A DNA stretch of 64,000 nt from Macrostomum lignano (lineage: Eukaryota). The stretch covers positions 248,001 to 312,000 of the forward strand of contig NIVC01000392.1 in NCBI GenBank assembly GCA_002269645.1, read 5' to 3'. Of the stretch, positions 13,317-37,740 are shown piece by piece. Positions within the stretch are counted from its first letter, which is position 1; each line of letters opens with the position of its first letter. The notes below the pieces were generated by a model. The model saw only the letters and a program-made list of their open reading frames with translations. It did no database searches and was not told the DNA's origin. The position numbers and the translations under genes are program-made.

Positions 13317-14411
13317 GAAGAATTGAATATTCTGCCGGAAATATCGTCGGCATGCAGGATAGTACCACAGCGTCAACTATGCTATGCATCATGGTGAAGT
13401 TGATTGCTGGCAAGTTCCGCTGAGCAAGCTGACAGCAGACATTCTGCATGCGCATTACCAGAGCGTCATGGAAATGCTTCAGCGCACCAATCTCAACGTT
13501 GTCACTATCCTAGTCGATAACCATTCTGCTAATCGAGCTTTTTTCATCCACAAGCTTTGTGGCGGCATTCTCCGAACGTGGATTACTCATCCTTACGACG
13601 TGGACAAGAAGATATATTCTGCTATTCGATCCAACTCACACAATAAAAAACATCTATAACAACTTTCAAAAAAGGAAAATTATTGAGCTTCCCGTCCTGG
13701 AGAGCCAGTTCTTTATCAACCAACTGAATCTAAGGGACCATGGCGAGTTCATTGTAGCTGAATTCGGGAATATCCGAGAGCTGTTCGAGTTGGAAAAGGA
13801 CAAGCCACTAAAGCTGGCACCAAAGCTTAACTCAAGCGTAATGGATCCAAAGAGTATCCAGAAGACATCGACGTAACTTTCACTAGCTGTATTTTCCGAG
13901 TCTACTGCTAGCGCATTGCTCTACTATACCAGACACCAGGGGCAGCAGTGGAACGACACTGCAACTTTCGTTATGGCGGTCACGCAGCTCTGGCAGGTGT
14001 TGAATGTAAAAACAACGACAATTGGCAAGCACAAGAGGAATTGCAGCAGGGATCCCATTACGTCGGACACCGACTGGAAGCTAGAATATTTTTCTGACGT
14101 CGCAGACTATATCCGCGAAAGTGGAAGGAAAGCAAGAGCCAGGCCTGAGTGACGAAACCATCTCTCAGTTACAGACCTGCCAGCAGTTTCTGAATTCTCG
14201 GCATCGACATGTTGCTCTATTTGAAGCAACCAGTTCAGTGGTCTTGGAGCGCCTTCCAAATCTACGCTTCCAAACACGCTGCGAGTTCCAGCACCGAATT
14301 CTGCAGCCACTGTTCCGAAAGATGTTCAATGCTGCCGCGAAGAATTGGACCAGTCGCCTGACTGCATCGACAGAAGCCGCGTCAGGTCGAAAAGCAGCCA
14401 AGTTTAATTAA
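13317..14411 (+). pseudogene. P-like transposase relic, copy 2 (central part interrupted by the Gypsy LTR)
   Basis: RIEYSAGNIVGM...TMLCIMVKLIAGKFR / VPLSKLT...QRTNLNVVTILVDN, then identical to copy 1 from 13480. Confidence 0.75.
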
Positions 14412-15313
14412 TGAAAAATCAAGTAAGCGTGAGTTTTCCAATAATGTAAAAATCTTTCATGCCTGTTTTCTATTGTTCCTGGATATAATTCTCAATTGGG
14501 CAAATAGAATGCTTTCAGTGAATACTGATGTTTTAATTTACAATGCATATAAGACAGAATTTTGGCTCTAATTAGCTACCGCAAAAGCCGATAGAGCGTA
14601 ACAATTTATGCGAAAATCAATTAAAAGAAACATTTTTTAAATCCAATCCGCTATTCAGAACGATCTAATTAGGAAATTCTATCTCGGCCCGGTCATGTAC
14701 ACGTAAAAAAGCCATCCTTTCTAGGTTAATATCAATACTTAGAATTCTATGGCCTATAGTGGAACAGTCTTGGGGCGACACCAACATTCTATGCGTAAAA
14801 TCAAGCGAAAAAAGTATTAAAAAATTATATTGAACAGAAAGAAAAGTTCTAGTGTTTTAGGATCGTTGGCTTAGCGTAATTGAGCCATTATAATCTATGT
14901 TGAGTAATTTTGAAAAAGAATAGATAAATAAATATAAATATTTATGTACAAAAATAGTGTTCTGATGCTTAGAAGAAAGAAACTTCATATTTTAGTTGCA
15001 GTAGTAATTGCGTACGCCTTCAAGATTGCGACGCACGCTCGGGATAAATGGAGATTTCGGATTGCTATTAAGGGAGCTTTAGCATAAATAGACCTTGAAA
15101 GACTGACTCTAAAGTCAATCACCCTTTTCGAATAAACAAACAATTATAAGTTTTCAAAAACTAACTCTTAAGAAGTACATGTAGCGGCTCGTACTTGTAA
15201 AATCCACGATAAAAATATTTCAGCTAGTCTGAACAATACAGGTTAGTGTTTTGTGTAGATATTTAATTTAATCTTCTAGCAGTTGTGTGCACTCAAACTC
15301 AAACACTCGTCAG

Positions 15314-26320
<11,007 letters not shown>

Positions 26321-27590
26321 GAGCTCTGCAGTTGCAGCATTGAGAGCAGATTAGCGACAAGCTCACAATTAATTTGATGGAGTTGTTCCATTATGAGCAT
26401 AATGATGGCTGAATGAAGGGCTATACTTTTCTAATTCGAACACTTACCGACACAATGGGCAGACTGGATTCCTTCTAATAGCTTTCTACAATTAAGGCGG
26501 GTATCGGTTTAGTGGTAGGTTTAACCATTTAAGCCTGCATGCATCACTGATCTCCTACACGAAAGTCAAAACCTCGAGCTTAGAAATAAAGTTTTTTATT
26601 TGTATGAAATAATCGAACTGGCAAACGGTCGGTTTTCGGTCGTTCCATATAGCCACACTTGAAAAAACTGTTTAGTCAAGTCTTTAAGTCGAGAATTCGC
26701 AACCAAGGACCACTAAATGTATCACTCGAGACTATTGCTGTTTTTTGAAGGCTTGTTTACGTTATTTAAAACTTGCTTTAATGCAAACATATATATACTT
26801 TTAAACGACTTATTTATATTTGACTAATTTCTGCCTGCCGTTCCCACCTGTAGATATAGGCCGGGTCAAACTTTTTGTATCTTTAAATAAACAAAATTTC
26901 GAAAATCAAGGCGAAAAAATACTGTTTTAAGTGCGCCTGATCCAGAGGTATGAGCATTTAAAGTTTAGCTGCAACGCAAACAAGCGGGCCTTGAAACGAT
27001 TTTGCAACATTTAGGCTGCTACGACACGATACAACGGTAACTTCTAGGGTCTTTGTTTCCAACTCTAACTACCACGATCTACGCTCGTACTTCCTAAAGA
27101 ACAAAAATAGACAGCAGAAAGAAGAGCCAGCATTAGAAGCAGCTGAGTTGCACACCAATAACTATACTAGCACTCCATGACCAGACTAAAATGACATCAT
27201 TTTCAATTCATGTTGAAATATAGTCGATGTTTAAAGTCCTGAAATGTTTAAAGTGACTGCAGTTCACTCACGGCAAAGCATCGCCGGCACAACGGCTGGG
27301 AGCAACTGGAGCACAGGTGGGTCTTGCGCAACAGGTTTGAACAGATTTTACATTCGAAATATTCTGCCAGCTCCTGAAAAGTCAGAATCGGAATGAGTTT
27401 GATAGGTAACAAAATGGACTCAAGTCAACAAAAAGTTGAATTCACAACGAACTCACGCTGTACAGCTCAGCAGAGAGTAAGCTGCGCCGCCCTGAAAGAT
27501 GTTTGAACTTGGCCGAGAACCCTGGCATCCAACAGCAGTCTAGTGCTTCGAAACTGTAGTTAAAGAGTGAGACAGTGCTTAGAAAATCAG

Positions 27591-28390
27591 GTTCCCACAG
27601 GTTCCCACAGGTTCCCACAGGTTCCCACAGGTTCCCACAGGTTCCCACAGGTTCCCACAGGTTCCCACAGGTTCCCACAGGTTCCCACAGGTTCCCACAG
27701 GTTCCCACAGGTTCCCACAGGTTCCCACAGGTTCCCACAGGTTCCCACAGGTTCCCACAGGTTCCCACAGGTTCCCACAGGTTCCCACAGGTTCCCACAG
27801 GTTCCCACAGGTTCCCACAGGTTCCCACAGGTTCCCACAGGTTCCCACAGGTTCCCACAGGTTCCCACAGGTTCCCACAGGTTCCCACAGGTTCCCACAG
27901 GTTCCCACAGGTTCCCACAGGTTCCCACAGGTTCCCATAGGTTCCCACAGGTTCCCATAGGTTCCCACAGGTTCCCACAGGTTCCCACAGGTTCCCACAG
28001 GTTCCCACAGGTTCCCACAGGTTCCCACAGGTTCCCACAGGTTCCCACAGGTTCCCACAGGTTCCCACAGGTTCCCACAGGTTCCCACAGGTTCCCACAG
28101 GTTCCCACAGGTTCCCACAGGTTCCCACAGGTTCCCACAGGTTCCCACAGGTTCCCACAGGTTCCCACAGGTTCCCACAGGTTCCCACAGGTTCCCACAA
28201 GTTCCCACAGGTTCCCACAGGTTCCCACAGGTTCCCACAGGTTCCCACAGGTTCCCACAGGTTCCCACAGGTTCCCACAGGTTCCCACAGGTTTCCACAG
28301 GTTCCCACAGGTTCCCACAGGTTCCCACAGGTTCCCACAGGTTCCCACAGGTTCCCACAGGTTCCCACAGGTTCCCACAGGTTCCCACAG
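27591..28390. repeat. 10-bp satellite (GTTCCCACAG) x80
   Basis: Exactly in register over 800 bp with only four variant units. Confidence 0.98.
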
Positions 28391-30394
28391 GTTAGAGTGT
28401 CAGAGCCCTGACTTTCTAATCATCCAGGCATTGTACACGTGTTGACCCTTATGGGTGTGAATTGCACCACAAGCCCCAGCAATTTTTGTGCACTAGTCCC
28501 CCTATAGAATCGAACCGCAGTCGTGACGTGACTCTGCCCCCATTTGCTCAGTACAATAGTTATCATTTGACCCAAGGATTATAATGCCCAAAAACACCGT
28601 ACCTGCACCAGTGACAATTCAGCTCTACATTTTCTGTCCATTCCTGAATCGTTTGCAAAACGGAAGAGTAAATTATCCGTTCGTAACAAGTGAAAATAGT
28701 TAGGAGTAAACTGTAATACTTTTTGTAAACGCTGCAATTTGACGTCACTTACTGGATTTTGTTTGCAATTTTTACAGCTCATGTGATGACAGCATTTGCA
28801 TATTCTAGCTTTCTCGATGAAACGCGAGCAAGTTGGGCAGTGGTAGAGACCAGAGAAAACCTAAAATGCCAAGTATGTAATACGAAATTCTTGTGAAGGG
28901 GGTACTCGTATTAACAAATGGATTAACGTATAGCAATCAACAAGCGTCAATCGACGTCGCTAACACATGTACATTACACCGACGTTCGGTCGACGTATGA
29001 CGTAGTTATTCGTCGATGTACATGTAATGTAAAAGTACATATTTTTCATCGATGTCGATCGCTGTATGGAATTTGATAAATAGCAAACTGATGTACGCTA
29101 ATGCATCTACATGTAAATAGATAATTGCATTCGAGATCTTTTTGCACATTTTTAATAAATAATACGAGCGTATAATATCAATGAATTACAGATCTCAAAT
29201 AGATTGTACAATACGTTACTATATACGTTACAATACAATACGTTCTTTCAGTTCAACTATTTGCACAAATAATATCTACGTTATTCTGCATGTTTTGTTT
29301 TTCTAAACCTCTACATCGCATATGTTTCGATGCACTACGTATTTAAATCAATAAATTTAGGAATTCGTACCTGTTTGCAGATGTTCTGATTCATTAATGC
29401 AAGTAGTTCGATTCCGTTTTTTACACTTCTTGCCAGCGGCGTTTCTTATTCGTACCGGGACTGTCTTCGCTTCGCCAACAAATTATTTATGCACTAAGCG
29501 AGGCTATTTTTAAAGATTGCGTTAACCGCTAGGCGCTATTTTAACTTCTGCGCTACTGAAAACGCAAATTTTCATCGTAATGTCTAAAAATACATTTTAG
29601 TTCCTGATTTCAACGCTGGGCACTATAAAAAAATATTATTAGCTAGTAAATTTGTAATACTCACATAAAATGAGATGAGAATAATACTTTTTAACACTAC
29701 ATCACATCTATAGCGATCGTATTATTAAAGGATAGCCCTCAATATAGTTTGATGTTTTACTCTACCTTGGGTCCGTTAAGTCAGTTAAGTCAAACACCAT
29801 AAGAAAGCTAGAGCGTACAAAATACATGTACAATCGCAATGTACTAGCTCTTAGAACGTTTTTCTGCTTTTTCAGGCTTCAGTAGAAACATATTAGTCAC
29901 TGCGAGTACAGTTGAAAAATCTCTTTCCTTGGCGTCTGCACGGGTCTCTGATGAGAGCGCGGTTCTGCAGAAAACTGGCGTTACCATTGTTTTTCATGCA
30001 GTACACTGGCTAATTTCTCTCTCTCCCCCTTGGTTATTTTTTATTGTCCTATTTAGCTTCATTCTCTGCCTTCACGTATGTGCGCTGGGATCGTTTTTTA
30101 CCGATCACATCTGATTGTGATTTACCATTGCCATTTACGTTACAACCGTAGATGTAAATATGTTATACTGCAACACCATATACAGTATGCAAGCATGTTA
30201 TGTTAGCTCGTAGCCGCCGTGCGTTGTTGCAGCTGCTGACTAGCAGGCTTTGGGTCAAAAAGTACAGCCATCAAGGTCTAGACTCTTGGAGATGACAGTG
30301 GTATTGCTGAATGGTGTGAGCCCTTGAGAAAAATAAAATTCGGGAATTTAGGAAAAAATCATGGTTGGAGATAGTCGTCTAGAACCTTGACGAG

Positions 30395-30515
30395 AATAGA
30401 ACTTCTAACAAATCTTCTTCTTCTAATAGAAATCTTCGTTCTTCTAATAGAACTTCTAACAAATCTTCTTCTTCTAATAGAAATCTTCGTTCTTCTAATA
30501 GAACTTCTAATAGAA
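30395..30515. repeat. Short tandem duplication (about 51 bp x2) of a TTCTAATAGAA-rich sequence
   Basis: AACTTCTAACAAATCTTCTTCTTCTAATAGAAATCTTCGTTCTTCTAATAG occurs twice. Confidence 0.8.
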
Positions 30516-30713
30516 TAGAACTTCACCAAAGAGGACCCCACTAACACAAAGTGTCATGTGCATCTAGATGAATTCGACAGTTTCAAGGCTATAATTAGTG
30601 ACTTTTAAGCGTGGGATCAATCTACCGAGACCTCTATGCGAGTTCTGTTTCAACCTGAAGCTTAAAAGGCAAAACTAAAAGATTCCACGAGTATAAGCTA
30701 GCGGGACCCAGAT

Positions 30714-32250
30714 GTGCGCTTTAAATTCCTGCAGCTATACTCAGGAATGAACTCCGTAAAAACTACTCAAGGCAGAGGACGCAGAGGCTTGCAGCTTGAA
30801 GACTGTGCGGCAGCGAGCGCCTCGGCTCGGAGCTATCGAGGCGACAGTCGGTTGCGGCAGTCAGTGCCATCAGCAGCAGAAGGACCGCCAGAGGACCACT
30901 TAGACCTAATAGAGAGGCGCATGAAAGAGCTCACTGCGAAAATCAGCATGCAGTCAAGGACCGACACTAGACGTCACCACCTACATCGAGGAGGCACCTG
31001 CTTCAACTGCAGTCAGCTTGGACCCCGTACAGCCCAATGCCGGTGGCATAGAAACAGCCAGACCCGATCATTTGCTCGGGAAGAGGGCACAAGGCTGCAA
31101 GACTCCAAGACCCCAAGACTCTAAGCAATTCCGTTCTTTACGCGATATTTATCCCGGGACAGAAAGCCGAACCAGGGGCTGCTGGACACCGGAGCGCGGA
31201 CTTCGATTTGATCAGCAACGTTGACTTAAGAGAGCTGAGTGGCAGTTGCAAACTGAAACCAGCAGTAGATGTCAAGCCTGTATAGGCAGACAGCTACGCC
31301 CTCAAGAAGTGCAAGTATTACAATTCAGCTTGTTATTTAGCTGCGCAGAAAGGTATTCGCTCAGATTTCATCCTTGGGATGGGCTTTGTTGGCAATTCAG
31401 CCAAAATGCAGTTTAGCACCGACCATGCATTCGATGGTTCGCCCGTCTCGTTTAAGGACATCGAACCCGAGCTTGATGTACCGCTGTCGCATGGTGCCAT
31501 GGTACCGCCAAGGTCGGTCAAGGTCAGGGACGTGTCGATGCAGCTGCGCAGATTATTTTTGAGTCGTCGCACAAGCTCATTGACAGAACCGGAGTGTTGC
31601 CCTCCCGTGCATTGTCTTCGGCCGGCAGTAAGATTCCGGTTCAAGTGTGTAACCTGAGCTGTACCCCAGTCACGCTATACTCCAACCAGAGTACGAGCGT
31701 ATCGGCACCTTTGAGAACGCCGAAATCGAAAGAAGTTGGAGTTAATACATCGGCATGGCGTTATCAAGCCACCAGCCCATGGGCCAGCAACTGGATAGTT
31801 GGCAGAATGAAAAATTTAACGATACCCGTGTCTGCGTCGGGTTGAATAACTTGATAGCAAAGGATGCCTCTTCACTGCCGCATTTTTATCAAGCTTTCGA
31901 TTACTTGGCTGGCTGCTTTTGGTCCGCCTCGATAGACATGCTTTCTTCAAGGCTTCCTTCAAGTGAAGGTCCGAGAGGAGGATCTACGGCGTTCTACAAC
32001 CCGACAGCTACGTTAAGTCACTGTCCAAAGTGCTGCAACGATTGCGGTCTGCCATGCTGCACTGAATTCCAGCAAGAGATAAATTTTTGATAAATACTTT
32101 GCTTCCCGGAGCATCACTGGGCCACCAGGTTTCCAAGAGTGGAATCGTACCTCTAAGGTCGAGGCTATCATGCCGGAGTCTCAGTCTGAGGAAGTCCGGC
32201 GCATTATCGGCATGCTCAGCTTTTACATGTGCCACCGGTTTAGCCTCCAA
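30714..32250 (+). mobile_element. Degenerate Gypsy gag-pol relic
   Basis: Broken knuckle CFNCSQLGPRTAQC, protease LLDTGA (about 31180-31197), FILGMGF, RT pieces RVCV-GLNNLIAKDASSLP / LAGCFWSASIDM / LGHQVSKSGIVP; many stops and frameshifts. Confidence 0.75.
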
Positions 32251-32289
32251 TCATCACAGCAGTGCAGTGACATCGCAGCTCACATGTAA

Positions 32290-32600
32290 TTGGAGCGCTA
32301 TGTCAGCAAGCACTTTATACGAGCTAGCTTCCTCCGTCAGACGGCCTTGAAAGTGCTCGATGTCACTGAACTTCGCGGTTACCATGGCCATGGCTGTTTT
32401 GCCACGCATCGCTACTTCCAGGGGAAAATCTGCAATGAGGAATACCCATTCTGCTTCACCGATGTTGAAAATGTGGAGCACCTCATCTGTGAATGCAACG
32501 CCTTTTCTGAGAATGCCTTTAATCAGGACAGGCTTACCTACCTCGGCCCAAATCCGAACGTTTTCAAGCCCGAGAATCTCTGCCAATGCATTCGACATTA
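32290..32600 (+). mobile_element. 3' fragment of a non-LTR retrotransposon (C-terminal zinc-knuckle region)
   Basis: GHGCF..H....GK.....PFC...VENVEHLICECNAF matches the C-terminal CCHC pattern of LINE ORF2 proteins. Confidence 0.6.
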
Positions 32601-33679
32601 CCCTGAACGTCGGCTAAACGTCGGTGTAGTGTAAAAGTACCCGTTTTGATTTGCCAGCAACGTAGATAGATGTCAGAAACCTTGGTCGATGTCGCCGACG
32701 TCGGATTGCTGGGCCTTTAGGGGTTGAAGGTTGTCACATCTTTCTGTAGCTACTGTGGCTTTCATAAATGTACATCTGAATGTTACCTGTACATATAGCC
32801 TAGTTCAAGACTTTTTACAGGCTTTGAACAGCTGCACATGTACGTATCCGTTTGTTTGTTTGTTTGTTTGTGTGTGTGTGTGAGCATTCTCAGGGGTCAG
32901 TGAAATGTACATGATTCCCCCATCGGTAGTAATAGCTGCAAGCAAGCAAGCAAAATTCAGGCAAAAGTTCTGCTATTCTGTCATATCTCCTTATTATATC
33001 GTTGCAAAATCCGTTTGGAAAGCACTAAATGGATTTTGAGCGATGCCGTTGCTACTAAAATACGAGTTAGCAAGTTTTCAAGTTTATTATGCAAGATTAT
33101 GGAATCTACTGCCGGAGCCGCCTTCATTATAGAGCTGCCTATACAATGACAGTCAGCCAGCAATTTCTATCGTGTGTTCCACTTGCAAAGATGGATGCAA
33201 AAGATAGCTTTCAATGCAAAAAGTGTCAAACAAAACTAAGAAAATCTAGCCTTTGAGCTGACGACTCTTCTAAATGCCATTTTCAGCTCTCGCAGCAGGT
33301 GGGTGTTTGTGATATAGCTGTCCACTCAAGCCGTTCTCAGCTGCTCTGAGGTTAACAGAAAAGCGATCTCAACCATGCATTCGGCTCATTATACAGTCTC
33401 CTTTAGAAATAGCTGTCTCTCTTCCGGACCAATTGTTGCCTAAACCTCGCGCTTGGGTTAGGGCTACGTTATAATGGCTCATTCTCTCTCCCCTCTCGCT
33501 TCCAAAAGTTAAATGGGACAGCGACGAGAACTCAGAAGTGTGAGAAAGTATTAAGTCATTGAACTGCTCAGTAGCACTCGGTCACATGCTGCACAGCCAG
33601 TATGTTTATGTATTAGGAGCCGCGCTACGGTTATTTTTATCGGATTACAAAGAATTTTTGTAGTAGAGAAAGATTAGTG

Positions 33680-35215
33680 ATGCCTGCATCGATAAAACGC
33701 AGTTTCTACATGTTTCTACTGCTGCTAGCGGCCTGCCTACTGGTGCTGTTTCAAGCGCTTCAGCTACCGGCTGAGCACTCCAACCTTCGGGACTTTGACG
33801 ACCTTGAAAACGAATTGTTGAAGCCAAAATTGTACGGATGGCGAGAAACTTTTGAGAATGCCTCCATGACGACAACGCCTCCGCTGTTTGTTGGCCCTGT
33901 ACCGTCTGTGTGCCTCGGTTCGAGCACCAGATGTCTGGAAGGCCTACTGCTGCTGTCCCCGCGTCGTACTCAGAAAAGTGCAACAGGAAATGACGACAAA
34001 CGAACAATACCTGCGATCCTTCACCTGGTGTCGCTGAATGAACAACATAATTGGTCCGACTTTGATGATTTAATACGGAACTGGCATCGGCTGCACCGCG
34101 GCTGGATCTTCGTGCTCTGGACAAAAATTGAGTATAGAAAACTTGTTCGAATATTCTTCCCGAGGTATTTAAGTGTGATAAAGGATATGAGCAACTCGAC
34201 GAACTCGACGCTATTGGCAAGGATGCTGATCTTACAAAAGGTGAGAACGGTCGAAGCCATGTGATCGAATGCTGGGGTTTAAGTGGCCTATGTTAAGCTT
34301 TATCAAAGTATCCTTCGTCAACGCAGCCCATCGGAGAATTTAGTAATTCTGTCAGGTGGTTGCGGGGGATGTCATCTCGAGGATGCCCACAACTCGTGGA
34401 TATTTGCTTGCTTGCTTGTATTTAACTAGATTTATTACATAAACTGTGTGCGAAATTTATTCCCTTTAAATGAATGATGTTCGTCTCTATTATACGTGCT
34501 ACATATGTACCATGCATCATCAAACAAAAACCATTTATAGTTTGGTGGAGTCGTCATCGGAGCACCGAAGCTGAGGGCCATAAGAAACATCGATTCTATT
34601 CGATGGCTGCCGGCTGTTTTTGTTACTAGCAGCGAATTTCGGCCACCAAATAAAGCGAGATTAATCGACCAGACCGTATTCATGGCAGCTCCAAGCCATC
34701 CGTTCGTGCAGTACTGCACAGACCAAGTGCTTCATCACAGGCCTGCACTGAAGTCGCTGCTTAATCTGACCGAACTTTTGCCGAAGTACGCGTCTGCTTT
34801 CCCATCTACGCATCGACCGGAGCACTCGGTGCATTTGGCCCGGCCAAGTCGAACGTCAACTTTAAGCTTCAGTAGGGCTGGAAACTCTGCAAGCTTAAAA
34901 AATTATACAATGATTGATGGAATAAAATATCATCTGAAAAAGCTTCATAAGATTCTCAGACAGTGTGAGCATTCGGCCGGTCTACATTCTAAGTTCAATG
35001 CGAACGCTACGGCTTCTCCAGCCACTCGCATGACCTGCTCGGAGCTGCTCCACATACGCAGCTTTCTCGAGGGTGAAGACACTTTCTTTGCTCTTGGGAC
35101 GCCGGAGACCGACTCACTGTCCATCAGTGAGCACAGGGCAGAGACGATTAAACAGTTGACTTCTAAATATCCATTGTTAAACGTTGGTTTACAAAAAGCT
35201 TGGCGTGGCTTATGA
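33680..35215 (+). CDS. GT32 / DxD-sugar-binding-family glycosyltransferase-like type II membrane protein, about 411 aa; exons 33680-34240, 34541-35215
   Basis: N-terminal TM FYMFLLLLAACLLVLFQAL, IPAILHLVS...W..LHRGWIFVLWT...FFPRYL...ARMLIL|FGGVVIG...FMAAPSHPF. Phase-0 GT-AG intron. Confidence 0.75.
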
Positions 35216-37083
35216 TTTTTGAATTTTCAGGGATTTTACTAAAATAAATTTGAGTTTTCATGGCCGATGTCATGTAAAAGTACATGTACATTTAAAGAAG
35301 CGTTTTCACATTTGCATAAAAATTAACTCGACGTATATTTGATGACTTTATTTAGCTCCTCTAAAACGGACATGTAGTCTTTTGTCGAAATGGGTGCTTT
35401 CAGGGGATCGTCAATAATGCAAACGCAAATTGACCCGATATAGGGCGCATGCAGAGGGGATTGACCCCTCCTCCGATCTCCGATCGCAGAACAGGCGGGA
35501 GGGGCAGACAACAGCATCCAGCTGAGGGGTCAGTGCAAGCGCGCGCCTACAGCTAGGTCGGCGATGAAGCATTTCAGTCAAGAGTGGCAGTGCGGGACGG
35601 CTGGCCGCGGCGCATGCAGCTATAGTTGCTCGGTCGGCTGGTCCAGCAGGGCCAGGGCCAGAGGGATGGGGTCTCCGCGGTATAGGGTCCATAGGCAGCT
35701 ATACCCAGCGGCATAAGACCGGTACGTACAGCGAGCATGGGGCGGATCGAGCTCCTCATGAAGCGCGGCCGGCCATCTAGCTAGCGTTGATGGCAGGCGT
35801 TACGGGTATTTGCATGCATGCCCAGCGCGTAGAGCAGCTGCGATCAGTAGAGCGCGTCCAGGGCCCGCTCTCGCGTCTCTGTCCCCTTCACAAGCCTTTA
35901 TCTGATTTACTAGATGTCTATTGATAAATTATAATGATGAGTTACATCCACGTATCTAGAATGTCTAATTACCAGTTCATTCCATATACAAGCACAATAA
36001 AAACACTGCCCTTGCAATTACCAGGTATAATTACACCATTTTACCCTCGATTTTGAACAAGGAGAACTTCGAAACTGACAAACTCCTCTTCAATATTGAC
36101 ACTCTATGGTCGGGCACTCAAAATCTACAATCAATATTGACAGATCAAGCTTCATTTTTTACAAACTCCGGTTCAATTTTGACAATGCACGTTTAGTCAA
36201 CTTCTCCTGGGAGAATTCGGTAACAAAGTAGTCCCATGAAAGCCTGAACGGGGATGAAGTGAGCTGTGCAAAATCAGCTTATTCTGACTTTGCTTTTTGG
36301 ATCTACAAGTATTGATAAAATTTATTTTTCTCTATCCTTTACACACAATAGCCTGACTGGTTGGGCTGTAAAGTCTGATTCTATTTTGACAGAGTTGCTT
36401 CAAAACTGACACTATGGTTTGTGTACCCAAAAAGTCCGCTTCATTTTTGACAACTCCGAATCAATATTGAACAGTTAACAATCGATTTTGACTAAGACAT
36501 TTTTTGAAATAGATTTTGACAATTTTACTAAGATTTCTCTCTTGAGGAGGGGGGGTACTTGCTATTTGGGAGAAAGGGTACTGGCTGCATGGATCTACGA
36601 GTACATGTACATTCAAGTTCACCTTGGCTTTCGAATCGAACTCATCAAATGTTTTCGTAACCATTCTAACAAAAAGGTAGTTGAAAAAAGTTAATAAAAA
36701 TCATTAAGTTAAAAAACTAAGCATAACTTAAAATTCAATATAATTAATTATTATGTTATACTTCCTTCGATAATGAACTATGCAGCTTGGCACAAATTTG
36801 AAATTAAGAAAATTAATCTGCTTTGAAAAATTAAGTCCGCTTATTTAAGGAGTAGTGCCAAGTGGAATGGGTATTATTATTTGCAGTATCAGTACCCCGA
36901 CAGTATGCCGCTTTCGTATAGATAAAAATTAATTAGTAGTTACGAATCACGATAGTTTTGCATGGACTAGGCAATGAATCATTAATTTTGAGATACTGAT
37001 ACACTAAATACCAAGTTAGGCCTATTGTGGGTTTAAACTCAGTCTACTTTGTCTTTGTCATGCAATGTTTTAGATGTATTCTT

Positions 37084-37303
37084 CTGTGGCGGATCTAGGA
37101 TTTTTAAAGTAGCGGGCAGTCCTGGGCGGATTGGCCAGTTGGCCTACACCCTAAATTTTTGGGTTGGCCCAAAATAAGCTCTAAATAGGTCTAAGCCAAA
37201 AGTTGCAATACCCTTATATCTATATGCAAGTTCAGCCATGGCAAAAGGGGGGCAGCTGGCCGCCCCGCCCCCCGCCACCGCCCCCTTTCTGGATCCACCA
37301 CTG
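37084..37303. mobile_element. Possible MITE with degenerate 15-bp TIRs (CTGTGGCGGATCTAG / CTGGATCCACCACTG)
   Basis: 12/15 inverted match. No clear TSD. Confidence 0.4.
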
Positions 37304-37615
37304 GATTTATTGTATTATTTCTAGTCCTAGCTCCTGAGTATTAATTAATATTAGGCTACTGAGATTAGAAAGTCATAAAGCTTAAGTCTTTGACTTTAGT
37401 CTTTGAACATTGACATTAGGCCTAGGTTTTCTATACTTAACATTATAACATTTAGCAGGCCTAGGCCTAATATTTGCAACTCTAAGAACTAGAAAATAGT
37501 ATACAACATGGAAACAAGTTATTCTTTTCCCTAGGCTAAACTTGGCTTTTATTTATAATTAGGCCTAGGCCCTATAAGAATTTTTTGGGAGTGTATTTAA
37601 GAATGCAATAAAAAA

Positions 37616-37740
37616 TCTCTACATATAAAAATCAAAACTCTGTGTATGTGTCTGTGAACAATTTCGTTTGCTATGGACTCCCAAACCACTCAACCAAATG
37701 ACACCAAATTTTACACCTACCCTAAAATGGCTAGGCAACA
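37616..37740 (+). mobile_element. Possible 5' end of a non-autonomous Helitron
   Basis: A|TCTCTACATATAAAAAT followed by a TGTG tract and ACTCCCAAACCACTCAACC...AAATTTT, a pattern I associate with animal Helitron 5' ends. No 3' CTRR end identified. Confidence 0.3.

Noticed and set aside
27442-28445. Long GTCGNLWEPV / HRFPQVPTGS ORFs
   Set aside because: Translation artefacts of the stop-free 10-bp satellite.
29930-29985. Possible hammerhead (CTGATGAG...GAAA)
   Set aside because: Four extra bases separate the putative stem II from GAAA, and no stem III/NUH pairing can be formed.
35411-35880. GC-rich island with short ORFs as a gene or RNA gene
   Set aside because: No domain motif, Pol III boxes or tRNA/snRNA structure recognised. 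It is probably a TE fragment of unknown family.
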